From: Haliotis rubra | Lineage: Eukaryota | Reading direction: 5' to 3' | Assembly (NCBI RefSeq): GCF_003918875.1 | Contig: NW_025767288.1 | Coordinates: 620,001-684,000 of the forward strand | DNA length: 64,000 nt | Shown here: positions 37,650 through 48,319 of the stretch, piece after piece | Numbering within the stretch: position 1 is the stretch's first letter | How the letters are laid out: every line of letters begins with the position of its first letter | Translations under genes and position numbers: made by a program | The notes under the pieces: generated by a model | Seen by the model: the letters and a program-made list of their open reading frames with translations, nothing else | What the model was told of the DNA's origin: nothing | Databases searched by the model: none

Positions 37650-38450
37650 AGTGAGTGAGTGATGGAGTGAGTAATGGGGTGTGTGATGGAGTGAGCAATG
37701 GAGTGAGTGAGTGAGTAATGGACTGAGTGAGTAATCGGGTGAGTGTGTGATGGAGTGAGTAATGGACTGAATGAGTGGGTAATGGAGTGAGTAATGGAGT
37801 GAGTGTGTGATGGACTGAGTAATGGAGTGAGTGAGTGAGTAATGGAGTGAGTGTGTGATAGAGTGAGTAATGGAGTGAGTGAGTAATGGAGTGAGTAAGG
37901 AGTAAGTGTGATGGAGTGAGTAATGGAGCGAGTGAGAGTGTGTGATAGAGTGAGTAATGGAGTGAGTGATGGAGTGAGAGTGTGATGGAGTGAGTGAGTG
38001 AGTGATGAAGTGAGTGTGATGGAGTGAGTGAGTAATGGAGTGAGTAATGGGGTGAGTGTGTGATAGGGTCTGTGTGTGGTGGAGAAAGTAAAGGAGTGAG
38101 TGAGTGAGTATTGGAATGACTGTGTAATGGACTGAGTGAGTGGTGGAGTGAGTGTGTGCTGGAGTGAGTAATGGAGTGAGAGTGTGATGGAGTGAGTAAT
38201 GGAGTGAGTGAGTGAGTAATGGAGTGAGTGATGGAGTGAGTGAGTGAGTAATGAAGTGAGAGTGTGATGGAGTGAGTAATGGAGTGAGTGAGTGAGTAAT
38301 GGAGTGAGAGTGTGATGGAGTGAGTAATGGTGTGAGTGAGTAATGGAGTGAGTGAGTAATGGAGTGATGGAGTAAATGAGTTATGGAGTGAGTAATGGAG
38401 TGAGTGAGTGAGTAATGGTGTGAGCGTGTGATGGAATGAGTGAATGAGTG
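37650..38450. repeat. Complex microsatellite (GAGT, GAGTAATG, GTGTGATG units)
   Basis: Directly visible; source of the spurious 343-aa ORF. Confidence 0.95.
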
Positions 38451-38832
38451 TCAACGTGGGAGGAACAGCTGCAGGAATGAATGTTCTAAACAGTTATACG
38501 TAATATAGGTTTACAGAAGTTCGTCATCTTATAATCGTTAATTAATAATTTAACACACGTGCAGAGTTATGTCCCTTCCGCATGCATCCTGCCCCCGGTG
38601 ATTCTGGGTTCTCTGCTAACCGTAATCTGACATATATAGCTAAAATACTTTTCAAAGCTTTTTTCAACTCCCTCCCCTGGACGAGTCAGCAATACTCGAT
38701 GGATTACGAAGAGTATCGATCACCAGGGATACAGAAAATTACACAATTGTTTGATCGGAATTCTAGAAGTTCGTGGTTACACAAGTTTAGAGAGTCGCTA
38801 GTTCCATTTTTCTTCAGATGAATAATTGACTT

Positions 38833-38990
38833 GCCTTTGCATGTGTTTGTGATGGGTGCCACCAGTTGGGCAGGATACGCTCACCTTTCGTAAACACCTC
38901 GTATCATCATTGTGTGATAGGGAGTCATAAACACATGCCCATGATATAGTCGGAATTGTAGAATCGACTCAACTTTTAGCATATATTCTT
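38833..38990 (+). repeat. Dispersed repeat family E
   Basis: CCTTTGCATGTG...GCTCACCT...CATAAACACATG shared with 44584-44720. Confidence 0.65.
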
Positions 38991-39173
38991 GTTAGTGTGC
39001 AAAGGGTTAACTTTTATTTTATTTTCCATGAATCACGTAAGTTCCCCATAGAACTGGAACTGTACGTGATACTTTTTAAACGAAACATCTGCCAGACAAG
39101 AATTTCAAGCAATTGGAGAAAATAAATACTGCAACTACAAGTATATATTTTTCAGCTGACTTCCTACCCGATC

Positions 39174-39310
39174 GAGAATAACGCATAGTCTCTGAAAAAT
39201 ATAAATTTGATAGAACCAAATAAGTCCATTTAAAATGAAAAGGCGTCCCGGCAAGAGGGAGACACAGAATTGAGGGCTTTTGCGTTATAGAGAGGAATGG
39301 GCTGAAGGGG
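39174..39310 (+). mobile_element. Degenerate family C fragment
   Basis: TAGTCTCTGAA...TTTGATAG...CCATTTAAAATGAAAAGG. Confidence 0.6.
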
Positions 39311-39654
39311 AGGTCCTTGAAATAGTTCCATAATCAAATTTAGACACTACGTGAAGATTTCGGTAGTAAGATTTACAGTTACAAAACATTATGTTTTGTA
39401 AAATTAATGACCGTAAAAAAGTCTTTTTTGTTCTCGGGTGTTTCGTCAAGGTTACGATAACCATAAGTCTGTTGTTTCCTCTTGGTTCTACAGGTTTAAA
39501 TCTTCTTGTTCACAGTGTTAAATCATTATGTTCATAGAGTTAATTCTTTTCGGCTACAGAATTAAAACTTCTTGGTTATGATGTTCAATCGCCTTGATAG
39601 AGGATCTGCTTTCGTTTTAATTATTCAATCCGTGTTTGATATATTAAACGTTTG

Positions 39655-39905
39655 TTTTGTTTGTTTCTTGTTTAACGCTGCACCAAACAAAATTTAGCTG
39701 CATGGAGTCGATCTGTAAATAATCGAGTCTGGACCAGACAATCCAGTGATCAACAGCATGATCATCGATCTACGCAATTGGGATACGATGACATTTGTCA
39801 ACCAAGTCAGCGAGCCTGACTACCCGATCCTGTTAGTCGCCTCTTACGACAAGCAAGGGTTGCTGAAGACCAATTCTAACCCATTCTAACTAATTCATAA
39901 CGGGT
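39655..39905 (-). mobile_element. Family A retroposon
   Basis: Near full-length match. Confidence 0.9.
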
Positions 39906-40009
39906 ATATATATTAAACAGTGAGAATGACAACACTGTAACTATGGGGTGAATCGTTTATCCCACTCTATACATACGTTGTATGAGTCAGAGAAACGTAG
40001 GAAGGGAAA

Positions 40010-40098
40010 CTAATTTTCGGTCTCAAGTTCACGTCGCCCTTGGTAGAGGATGTCATCAAGATAACGGTCCCGTGGTCTTCTGTCGTTGCCAGGCAACT
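40010..40098 (-). CDS. Tentative terminal exon (x-LPGNDRRPRDRYLDDILYQGRRELETEN*), prohormone-like
   Basis: TTTCAAG acceptor (an in-frame upstream TGTAG is also possible); phase compatible with exon 41693-41732. Confidence 0.3.
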
Positions 40099-40379
40099 CT
40101 TGAAATATTAAAGTGGTTTGCCCCCCTACAGTGTGAAAATCGCTTTTCCCGTCGTTTGAGTGTAATGTCGAATTTCACTATGTTAAAATCATTTTCCACC
40201 TACTTTCCTGTTTTCAAAATCACTCAAGTTTATTCGATGATATTGTCGCAGTGGTTGAAGTATTTATGATCACAACTCACACTGAAACACAACACGTCGC
40301 CACGCGATACTCAGTAACTACTTGCTATACACGTCATGAAGGAATCCTTGAAACGCAATGCTGAGGGACCGAACCTGAC

Positions 40380-40562
40380 TAGCCTTGCTCCAAGGCTGTT
40401 CTGAATGCTAAGCCCAAGGATGTATAGTAATTCTATACTTCGAAGAGGCAAGTCTAGATAAGGGGACAGTACCCTCTAAGGACCCCTAGTCTTTTATTTA
40501 TTATGTTTTAGAAATTATCATTTAAACTATTAGTATTTACTTTAGAGACTTGTGCAAGTCTA
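40380..40562 (+). mobile_element. Family D MITE
   Basis: TAGCCTTGCTCCAAGGCT...AGACTTGTGCAAGTCTA; flanks GAACCTGAC / GAACCTTTC. Confidence 0.82.
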
Positions 40563-40591
40563 GAACCTTTCATGGGAAGTTGGGGAGAGGG

Positions 40592-40789
40592 TAGACTAAT
40601 GCTTAGTCTCTGAATATATAGAATTTTGATAGCAACAAACAAGCCCATTTAAATTGAAAAGGAGCCCCAGGGAGACCAGAGATCCCGAACCTGAGGAAAT
40701 GTAGACCTGCATTATTTAGGGCTTTAGCACTGCAGAGAGGGCTTGGCAGTGGGGAAAATAATGTGGTTCAGGGACTGTGAGACAGACTA
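40592..40789 (+). mobile_element. Family C MITE, full length
   Basis: Both termini intact; TSD degenerate. Confidence 0.9.
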
Positions 40790-40959
40790 GGGAAATGGGA
40801 AGGGGGAGACTGGGATTGAGATTAGATACTTTCCGCTGCAACAACGTGTGTATAATCACCACCGTAAGGATGATGGTGTATCCAGAAAATATCTAGCAAC
40901 AATGTATGTATGTTGTAGTTTGATCCTCATTCTATGAGTTAGTGAGTCAATAATAAAGA

Positions 40960-41325
40960 ATACAACTTATAGATAACACCTTCTTGTTTATTGCAAAAAG
41001 CGACGTTTCGGTGTACATGTGTACACCGCTTCTAACTTCGCTCTATGTAAGGGAGTGAGTGAGTTTAATTTTATGCAGCATTCCAGCTATATGGCGGCGG
41101 TCTGTTAAGAATCGGGTTTGGACCAGACAATCCAGTGATCAACAGCATGACCATCGATCTGCGAAATTGGGAACCGATGACATGTGTCAACCAAGTCAGC
41201 CAGCCTGACCACCCGATCCCGTTAGTCGCCTTTTACGACAAGCATTGGTTACTGAAGATCAATTCTAACCCGGACCTTCACGGGTCCGCTCTATGTAAAA
41301 ATAAACAAGAAGTTGTTATCATATG
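40960..41325. mobile_element. Penelope-like terminal remnant (inverted arrangement) split by a family A insertion
   Basis: Minus-strand stem followed by CGAAACGTC; GATAACACCTTCTTGTTTATT inverted as AATAAACAAGAAGTTGTTATC. Confidence 0.5.
41051..41285 (-). mobile_element. Family A retroposon, full length
   Basis: 12-bp TSD CGCTCTATGTAA at 41039-41050 and 41287-41298. Confidence 0.94.
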
Positions 41326-41431
41326 CTTTATTAATGCATTTTTGCGGTAGAGAAAGAGTTGTTTCAAGTTTTTTGTTGTGACAATCTATTAGTTATAAAA
41401 CTGGGGTTAAGTTCTGATCATGAAAACCTAG

Positions 41432-41594
41432 AATGAGTGAGTGTAGTTTTACGCCGCCTACAGCAATATATCCAGCAATATCACGGCGGGGGACACCAGA
41501 AATGAGCTTCACGCATTGTGCCCATGTGGGAATCGAACCCAGATCTTCGGCGTAACAAGCGAACGCCTTAACCACTAGGCTACCCCACCTCCCC
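41432..41594 (-). mobile_element. Family B SINE
   Basis: 13-bp TSD TGAAAACCTAGAA. Confidence 0.93.
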
Positions 41595-41692
41595 TGAAAA
41601 CCTAGAAACATAACTGGGGCGAACCGAGATTCGACTCATGGTTTGCTGGTGCGTCTAACACGACGGGGCCCCGGAACTCTCAAGTCTCTTAC

Positions 41693-41732
41693 TTTCAGGA
41701 GCTGAAATGGGGTCGAACATTGACTGCAGGAG
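41693..41732 (-). CDS. Candidate 40-bp internal exon (LLQSMFDPISAPE or SCSQCSTPFQLLK depending on phase)
   Basis: Long polypyrimidine acceptor TTAACATTCACTCTCATTTCACTTTCATCTCTTTCTCAG and AAA|GTAAGA donor. Confidence 0.4.
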
Positions 41733-42069
41733 CTGAGAAAGAGATGAAAGTGAAATGAGAGTGAATGTTAAAATATATGCTCTGGAGTCTGGCAGAGAGA
41801 CTTCATGTTGATATGATGAAGGGAGATCAAGGATCAGGCCAAACAAGCGATCAATAGACAGGATTTCAGGATTATACAGAGATGCCTACATGCAGTGTCC
41901 CACAGTCATCGGGGTAAGATAGGATGCCAGTACAGACAGCCATTGACAGCCGGAAAGTGAAGACCAGTGATTATTGTTTACGTCTGTACTATTACACACA
42001 TATCACTACGACAAACCAGGGGTTGACGTCATGAGCAAACAGGCCATATTCAGGTCACATTTTGTAAGT

Positions 42070-42292
42070 TTGTTATTTAACGCCGCACCCCATCTATATG
42101 GCGGCGGTCTGTAAATAATCGAGTCTGGACCAGACAATCCAGTGACCAACAGCATGAGCATCGATCTACGCAATTTGGATATGATTACATGTGTCAGCCA
42201 AGTCAGCGAGCTTGATCACCCGATCCCGTTAGTTGCCGCTTACGACAAGAACGAGTTGCTAAAGACCAGTTCTAACTCGGATCTTCACGGAT
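42070..42292 (-). mobile_element. Family A retroposon
   Basis: TSD-like ACATTTTGTAAGT / ACATTTTATAAGT. Confidence 0.9.
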
Positions 42293-42460
42293 GACATTTT
42301 ATAAGTACGTATTTTCTTATTCATATTTTATCCACCCAATTGGTTCCCATTGTATCTGTATTTGCCTTTTGAGTTAATTGAAAAGTAACGGTGGTGTGAG
42401 TATATATGATTTGGCTGAGAGTTTGTCATTGTGCCGGAATGGTCAGGGCCTACATTTTCT

Positions 42461-42643
42461 AAACAAACCCGTGACTGATACCACGAACAACGATCAAGGG
42501 CCTAGATCTTCAAAGCTCTCTTAGCGCTAAGATAGTCGTAAGTGCCATACATTAACATTAACTTACGACTATCTTAGCGCTAAGAGAGCTTTGAAGATCT
42601 AGGCCCTTGATCGATGTTCGTGGTATCAGTCACGGGTTTGTTT
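42461..42643. mobile_element. 183-bp near-perfect foldback containing a PIF/Harbinger-like MITE (GGGCC TIRs)
   Basis: 83-bp arms 42461-42543 and 42561-42643 with one mismatch; degenerate relative of the inner MITE at ~18175-18260. Confidence 0.9.
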
Positions 42644-42661
42644 CGTCAACATTCCACGATT

Positions 42662-42896
42662 AGAGTGAGTGAGTGAGTTTGGTTTTACGCCGCTTTTAGC
42701 AATATTCCAGTAATATCACGACGGGAGACACCAGAAATAGCCTAGTGGTTAAAGCGTTGGCTCGTCACGCCGAAGACCCTGGTTCGATTCCCCACATGGG
42801 CACAATGTGTGAAGCCCATTTCTGGTGTCCCCCGCCGTGATGTTGCTGGAATATTGCTAAAAGCGGCGTAAAACCAAACTCAGTCAATCAGTCAGT
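42662..42896. mobile_element. Family B SINE (+) preceded by an inverted copy of a family B 3' end
   Basis: 42662-42739 is the reverse complement of ~42819-42890. Confidence 0.9.
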
Positions 42897-42897
42897 A

Positions 42898-43140
42898 TTA
42901 TGAGGAACACAACGTTTCGGAGTATATCTTTACTCATTCATCAGGTGAATTTTGTTCATTTGTTCCATTGTTTTGCCTGCATCTTTGTCGTCTTATTACA
43001 TTGGTTGTTCTTACATGTGCATATATATGCTCTCTGCCTCATACCATTCATTCACCTGATGAAGGAGTAAGACTATACCCCGAAACGTTGTGTTCCTCGT
43101 GATAAAGAAGTTGACATCCGTAAAACCTCTCTTCCTGATG
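42898..43140. mobile_element. Penelope-like element terminus: inverted pair of pLTR fragments
   Basis: 42901-42950 is the inverted copy of 43050-43099; both carry a hammerhead core. Confidence 0.7.
43053..43092 (+). ncRNA. Minimal Penelope-type (type I) hammerhead ribozyme motif; inverted second copy at 42908-42947
   Basis: CAC-CTGATGA-A-stem II (GGAGTA..TACYCC)-GAA-ACGT-T-GTG: 3-bp stem I CAC/GTG, palindromic ACGT stem III. Confidence 0.6.
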
Positions 43141-43164
43141 TGTATCACTTCTAAATGCCATTCT

Positions 43165-43415
43165 ACCCGTGAAGGTCCGGGTTAGAATATTGGCCTTCAC
43201 TAACCCATGCTTGTCGTAAGAGGCGACGAACGGGATCGGGTAGTCAGGCTCCCTGACGTGTTTGACAGATGTCATCGGTTCCCAATTGCGCAGATCGATG
43301 CTCATGTTGTTGATCACTGGATTGTCTGGTCCAGATTCGATTATTTACAGACCGCCGCCATATAGCTGGAATATTGCCGAGTGCGGCGTAAAACTAAACT
43401 CACTCACTCACTCAC
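43165..43415 (+). mobile_element. Family A retroposon, full length (reference copy)
   Basis: 14-bp TSD TCTAAATGCCATTC at 43150-43163 and 43416-43429. Confidence 0.95.
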
Positions 43416-44230
43416 TCTAAATGCCATTCAAAGACCTATTCTTTGTGTGTCTCACAGACCCTTGAGAAATTATGGTAAAGGGCGTTCAATTGGAATTGTT
43501 CTGCATTCCAGCTTCTACAGTCTCCACTGCTGACTGGAAACGTCTGGAGTCTACAAAGTCGCCATGAAGTTCTTGTAGCCTTGTGAATCTTGGAACACAA
43601 ATACAGCTTATAATGACAATCCCATAATTTGAGACCACCCTACTCAAAACTATCAGATTTCAGTTTTTGTACATTTTAGACACTCAAGGCAAGGTTCCAG
43701 TTATTCGTCTTAAGAAGCTCGACTCACGTTTCAGAAGAATGCAAGACTTACTCGTCATAAGAACCAAACGTGGCATTGCCATTTTTACTCCTTTTATTAA
43801 GGAATCCTTTGAACACAAGCCGAATGTTTTTCATACTCTTGTTTCTGTGATCTTTGTATTCCGATAGGTGTTGGGTTCGTTCTATGTAGGTAATTGTCGC
43901 AAATACTTTAAAAGCTAATATATAAGAAGCCAGGAAATGCTGCTGGTAGCCTGGTATTGGTAAAGCCATAAAAGCCATAAAATTTATAATCTACACTATT
44001 CAAAAGAAAAACATATCAGTTGGAAGTGGTTGTGGGTGTACCACTGATTTCGTGGCTTTAAGTGCATCTAGGTGTGTGCATGAACGTGTGTGTGTATGCA
44101 TACGGACACTATAGATATGGTACTATGTACATGATATACTGACGATTATTTGATTATGTCTAATACTGAGTTTTGTTGTTTTTACCATTAGCTCTTTAAC
44201 GTGCATATATAATGCATCTCACCCGGTACA

Positions 44231-44408
44231 AGGGACGGTAGCCTAGTGGTTAAAGTGTTCGCTCGTCAAGGCGACCTGGGTACATGCGAGCAATATGGGA
44301 AGCCAATTTTTAGGGTCGCCCGCCGTGATATTGCTGGAATATTGCTAAAAAAAATCTCACTCACTCACTCACTCAATCACTCACTCACTCACTCACTCAC
44401 TCACTCAC
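44231..44408 (+). mobile_element. Family B SINE, deleted, long (CACT)n tail
   Basis: GTAGCCTAGTGGTTAAAG...CGCCGTGATATTGCTGGAATATTGCT. Confidence 0.85.
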
Positions 44409-44583
44409 AGAATTACAACTACGTCCATTTGTGAAACAAACAGATCAGCCGTCAATTTCCAATTGTGACTCATCATTGACAAAACCGTCACATGCAATTC
44501 CTTGTATTGTCTTTTACCATACGTTTTCGCTATGTTTTGGTATTTTTATTGGTTTGTTTTGTTTTAGGTGACCAGTTGACGTC

Positions 44584-44720
44584 CCTTTGCATGTGTCTGT
44601 GACGATGCCGAAGAGGCACGAAAGGCTCACCTATTTCAGCACTATTTGACTCATATGTATCATCACTATTTGACAGAGACCCATAAACACATGTTCATAA
44701 TATATTGAGTCCGAATAGTG
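44584..44720 (+). repeat. Dispersed repeat family E
   Basis: Homologous to 38833-38990. Confidence 0.6.
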
Positions 44721-47700
44721 CAATGAATTATGAAAAAGTCTTTTGTCGTTTCTTGAAAGTTCAGTATTAAAGGTAATGCAGCAGGTCTAAATACCCGTTT
44801 GCAGATTGACACGTTCCGTGACACCTGTGATATATAACGGTATTACCGATATTTGACATGTTGATATCGACTTAATTTTATTGAGTGATAATTTAGAACA
44901 TTTTTCCCCTTTTATACACTTTTCTCCACTAGAGTGAGTGAGTGAGTGAGTAATGTTGCATTCATTGTCGCATTAGATCCAGTCTCGAATACGGAGACAA
45001 GAATATACATTGTGGCGTTCACATTGAAATAATAGTATGCATTTTTTTAACCTACAAAAATACAAAATACATTGAATTCCTCCGATTATGCTCATCGATT
45101 TGATCTGCAATATGGGCGATAGTACGGGGGAAAATTGGCGTCCGGGATAACGACACCGTAATTGTACGACATCTGTAGTTTCAACTTTGAAATCAACAAG
45201 AAACACGTCTAAAACTGGAATATGTTTTGATATTCTTTTGCATAATAAGTCATCAAACCCTGAACATGCACACAAAATTCTCTTTCATATTAACAATTGC
45301 AAAATAATATCATCCTGACATTTACCAGTGAAGATCCGTTATTTGGCGTTTTGTATATTGATGCTACACACGCGACATATTACTTTGATCAACCCGTGAA
45401 GATCGGGGTTAGAATCGGTCTTTAGTAACCCGTGCTGGTCGTAACAGGCGACTAACGGGATCGGGTGGTCAGGCTCGCTGACTTGGTTGGGTTGACATTG
45501 GTATCCCAACTGCATAGATCGATGCTCATGATGCTGATCACTGGATTGTCTGGTGCAAACCCGAATATTTACAGACCGCTGTCATATAGCTGGAATATTG
45601 CGGATGTGGTTAAAAACAACAAACAAGATGAACCTGACATTTACAAATTGTGTTTGAAACCAGGCGCGTAACAAGCCAATTTGTTTCGTGTAAGCCCTAT
45701 AGGTTGCAAAGCTTTATAGTTAGATGGTATTGAGTGCGTGTCCAACATTTTCAGCAACAATCATGTGTAAGCCCGGGCTTATGTCATTATGGTAGCTACG
45801 CCACTGGAAACACACCCCAAAATGGTCAACTATCAACTCATCGTACTAAACAAAGGCTATCTAATGATGGTGCCATTGTGAAAGACATACAGCGCTCCGC
45901 CGTGGACTTGGGCTGGCCAGGCTCTCCTGGTGATACGGCCTTGTCTTGGAGTATGTCATGCTAATGGTCTAACTCCGAAACATCGTCTTCTTTACGAGAG
46001 ACTAACTGTGAGGCTTGATGATAATGTGGACTTGATATCTCTCGTCTGAATAGATCATTTAGACCAGACAGGAGTATAGCCTAGCCATTTCAGATATTAT
46101 AAGTAACTACCTCACATTCTAACGACTATCTTAAATGTACATGTTGTATTCACACTTTGAATATAATTTATGAGTTTACACCTGTTGAAGCTTTCCCCAT
46201 TTTATAGTGCTGAAAGTGGTTTGAATATCGAGGGAGGCTCGACAACCATTTCTGAGGTTTGTTTTCCCGTCTCTGTAAACTTACTTTCCAACTGAAGTAT
46301 TCAATTCAAATATCAATTTAATCAATCCTTTAGCTCCAATGGTTAAATCAACATAAAGTGAAGAACCACTATATGCTCCTATTTCAAGTTCTAAAATTTT
46401 AATTCGCGTCATGTGACTCTTCGGTTAAATACAGCCATATCTCATACGAACGTTAAGTTGCACTAGTGCCTATTGTAACCAGAGAAACGCGCTTCAACGA
46501 ATGCAGCTTTCCACGCAGTAAGCACAGTTTCACGTACATCATCTTGACAATCAAAGTAACTGAGTTTAGGCTAGATAAATATACGGTTGATAGCATTGGC
46601 AATGATGAAAGGCATCCAGGTAAGGGTCCGTTCATAATTTATGGCTAGGTGTGTGGGGTTTGATGATTTTTATGGAGAACCATGTACGATGTGAATGGAC
46701 AAAAAAAATAAATAAAAAAAAAAAAATAAATAAAAAAAAAAAAAAAATAATAATAAATAAAAATAATTAAAATAAATAAATAAAAATAAAAATATTTATG
46801 TACAAAATAAATGACACCCCACCCCAACCCCCAACCCCCGCATGTCATGTACAAACTCAATGTTGTATAACAGTAACTAACTTAAAGGTATCCATCTTCA
46901 GCGAATGTTCAATCTGTCAGAATATGATGTTCCAATTTAAATTACCCATAAGGATAAAAATCAAACTGTACGAAAAGACTACTTTCTATTAGTCATTCCT
47001 CTAGCGTGTTGAATCAATGTAAAGAAGACCATAAACTCTTTTATTACTAAATACATAATAAGTGTTCTCTCCTAAACATGTTTTTGTTCTGATGTTGATA
47101 GAAGGGTGTGTGTAATGGGGCCGTGGTAGTGGTTGGCATCGCTACAAGAGGTGAACCTTGGTTGTTTTCTTCGTTTACAAAGTGGAGGAAGACTGCGTTT
47201 TATATAACGCCGTTTCATTTTTATGCAGATTGTGACTGATATACCTCTTGATATATGTTCTCTTGAACGTGACATTTATTGCAAAGTTGATCTGAAGACA
47301 CTAGGGGGCGCTGTTAACATACTAAGTACCATCGGGTCAGAGATAAGAATCGGATCGTGTAGCAGATTCGTCATAAACTACGTGTAGCAGATTCGTCGTA
47401 AACTACGTCATCTAATTTGATTTATTAGAATTGTAGGAACGAACTAGCGTCACAATGTGACGTTATGATTTGAACGCTGGGAATGAATAGTTAAAACAAT
47501 GAATATGATAATGACAACATCGATTATATCAGCAAAGATAATGGTGATGCTTATGGTGATAACGAGGACGATTAGCACGACAAAAGAAAACGATAACTGG
47601 TTGGTTAAGTTTTAGGTACAAACAGAAATGTAAATGCATGATTGAAATAAATGATAAAATTTATAATATCCTTGATTTCTGAACATGAACCGCATTTTCG

Positions 47701-48319
47701 TTAATTTTGAGTCTCCTTCTTGAAGTGAAATGCTACTTCCGCCTGTTACAGCCACCCAAGTTAATTGAATGGGGAAATATCTAGCACAGGATGTAAGCAA
47801 GTCGTAAGTGCATAGGATATGACGTGAGGCATGTTTCGATTTCCAGCGGCGCCCCTTGTACGGAGAACGTTGGCCACGTACTAGACGAACGCAAAGCAAC
47901 ATGTCCGCCCACGGGACTTACGTAGGTGCATTAAATGTACGTCTTGCGAGGTGAGGTGAGGTGAGGTGAGGTGAGGTGGGGAGAGGTGAGGTGGGGAGAG
48001 GTGAAATGAGATGAAATGGGGTTTGAAATGTCGCATATATATAACATTAGAGCACTCACTCACTTACTCACAAGCTGCCTTAAACTTTATTTTACCTAAC
48101 CATACACAACTGAAATATACACTTCAACTAAAAACAGAACTGACAATTAACACATTTTCCAAGGCATCTTGTAAGGTGATATCAGAAACATTGATCACAA
48201 ATTACCGAAGAGAAACCCAATTAATAGCTAAGCCTCTCATCACAAGCACTTGGCAAAAGTTTTCATAGCGAAATAACCTATATACTACCAAATGTATTTC
48301 CTACACCACTTGACAAAGA
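44708..48319 (+). repeat. Tandem segmental duplication, copy 1
   Basis: Collinear and highly similar to 48413-52308. Confidence 0.97.
45392..45625 (+). mobile_element. Family A retroposon (duplicated at 49398-49632)
   Basis: Starts ACCCGTGAAG. Confidence 0.92.

Noticed and set aside
37423-38454. 343-aa His/Ser/Leu/Thr ORF
   Set aside because: Translation of a (CACT)-based microsatellite
43165-43240. Canonical HDV-like or pistol ribozyme in family A
   Set aside because: Stem order and spacing do not fit HDV P1-P2-P3-P4 or the pistol topology; kept only as an unclassified structure
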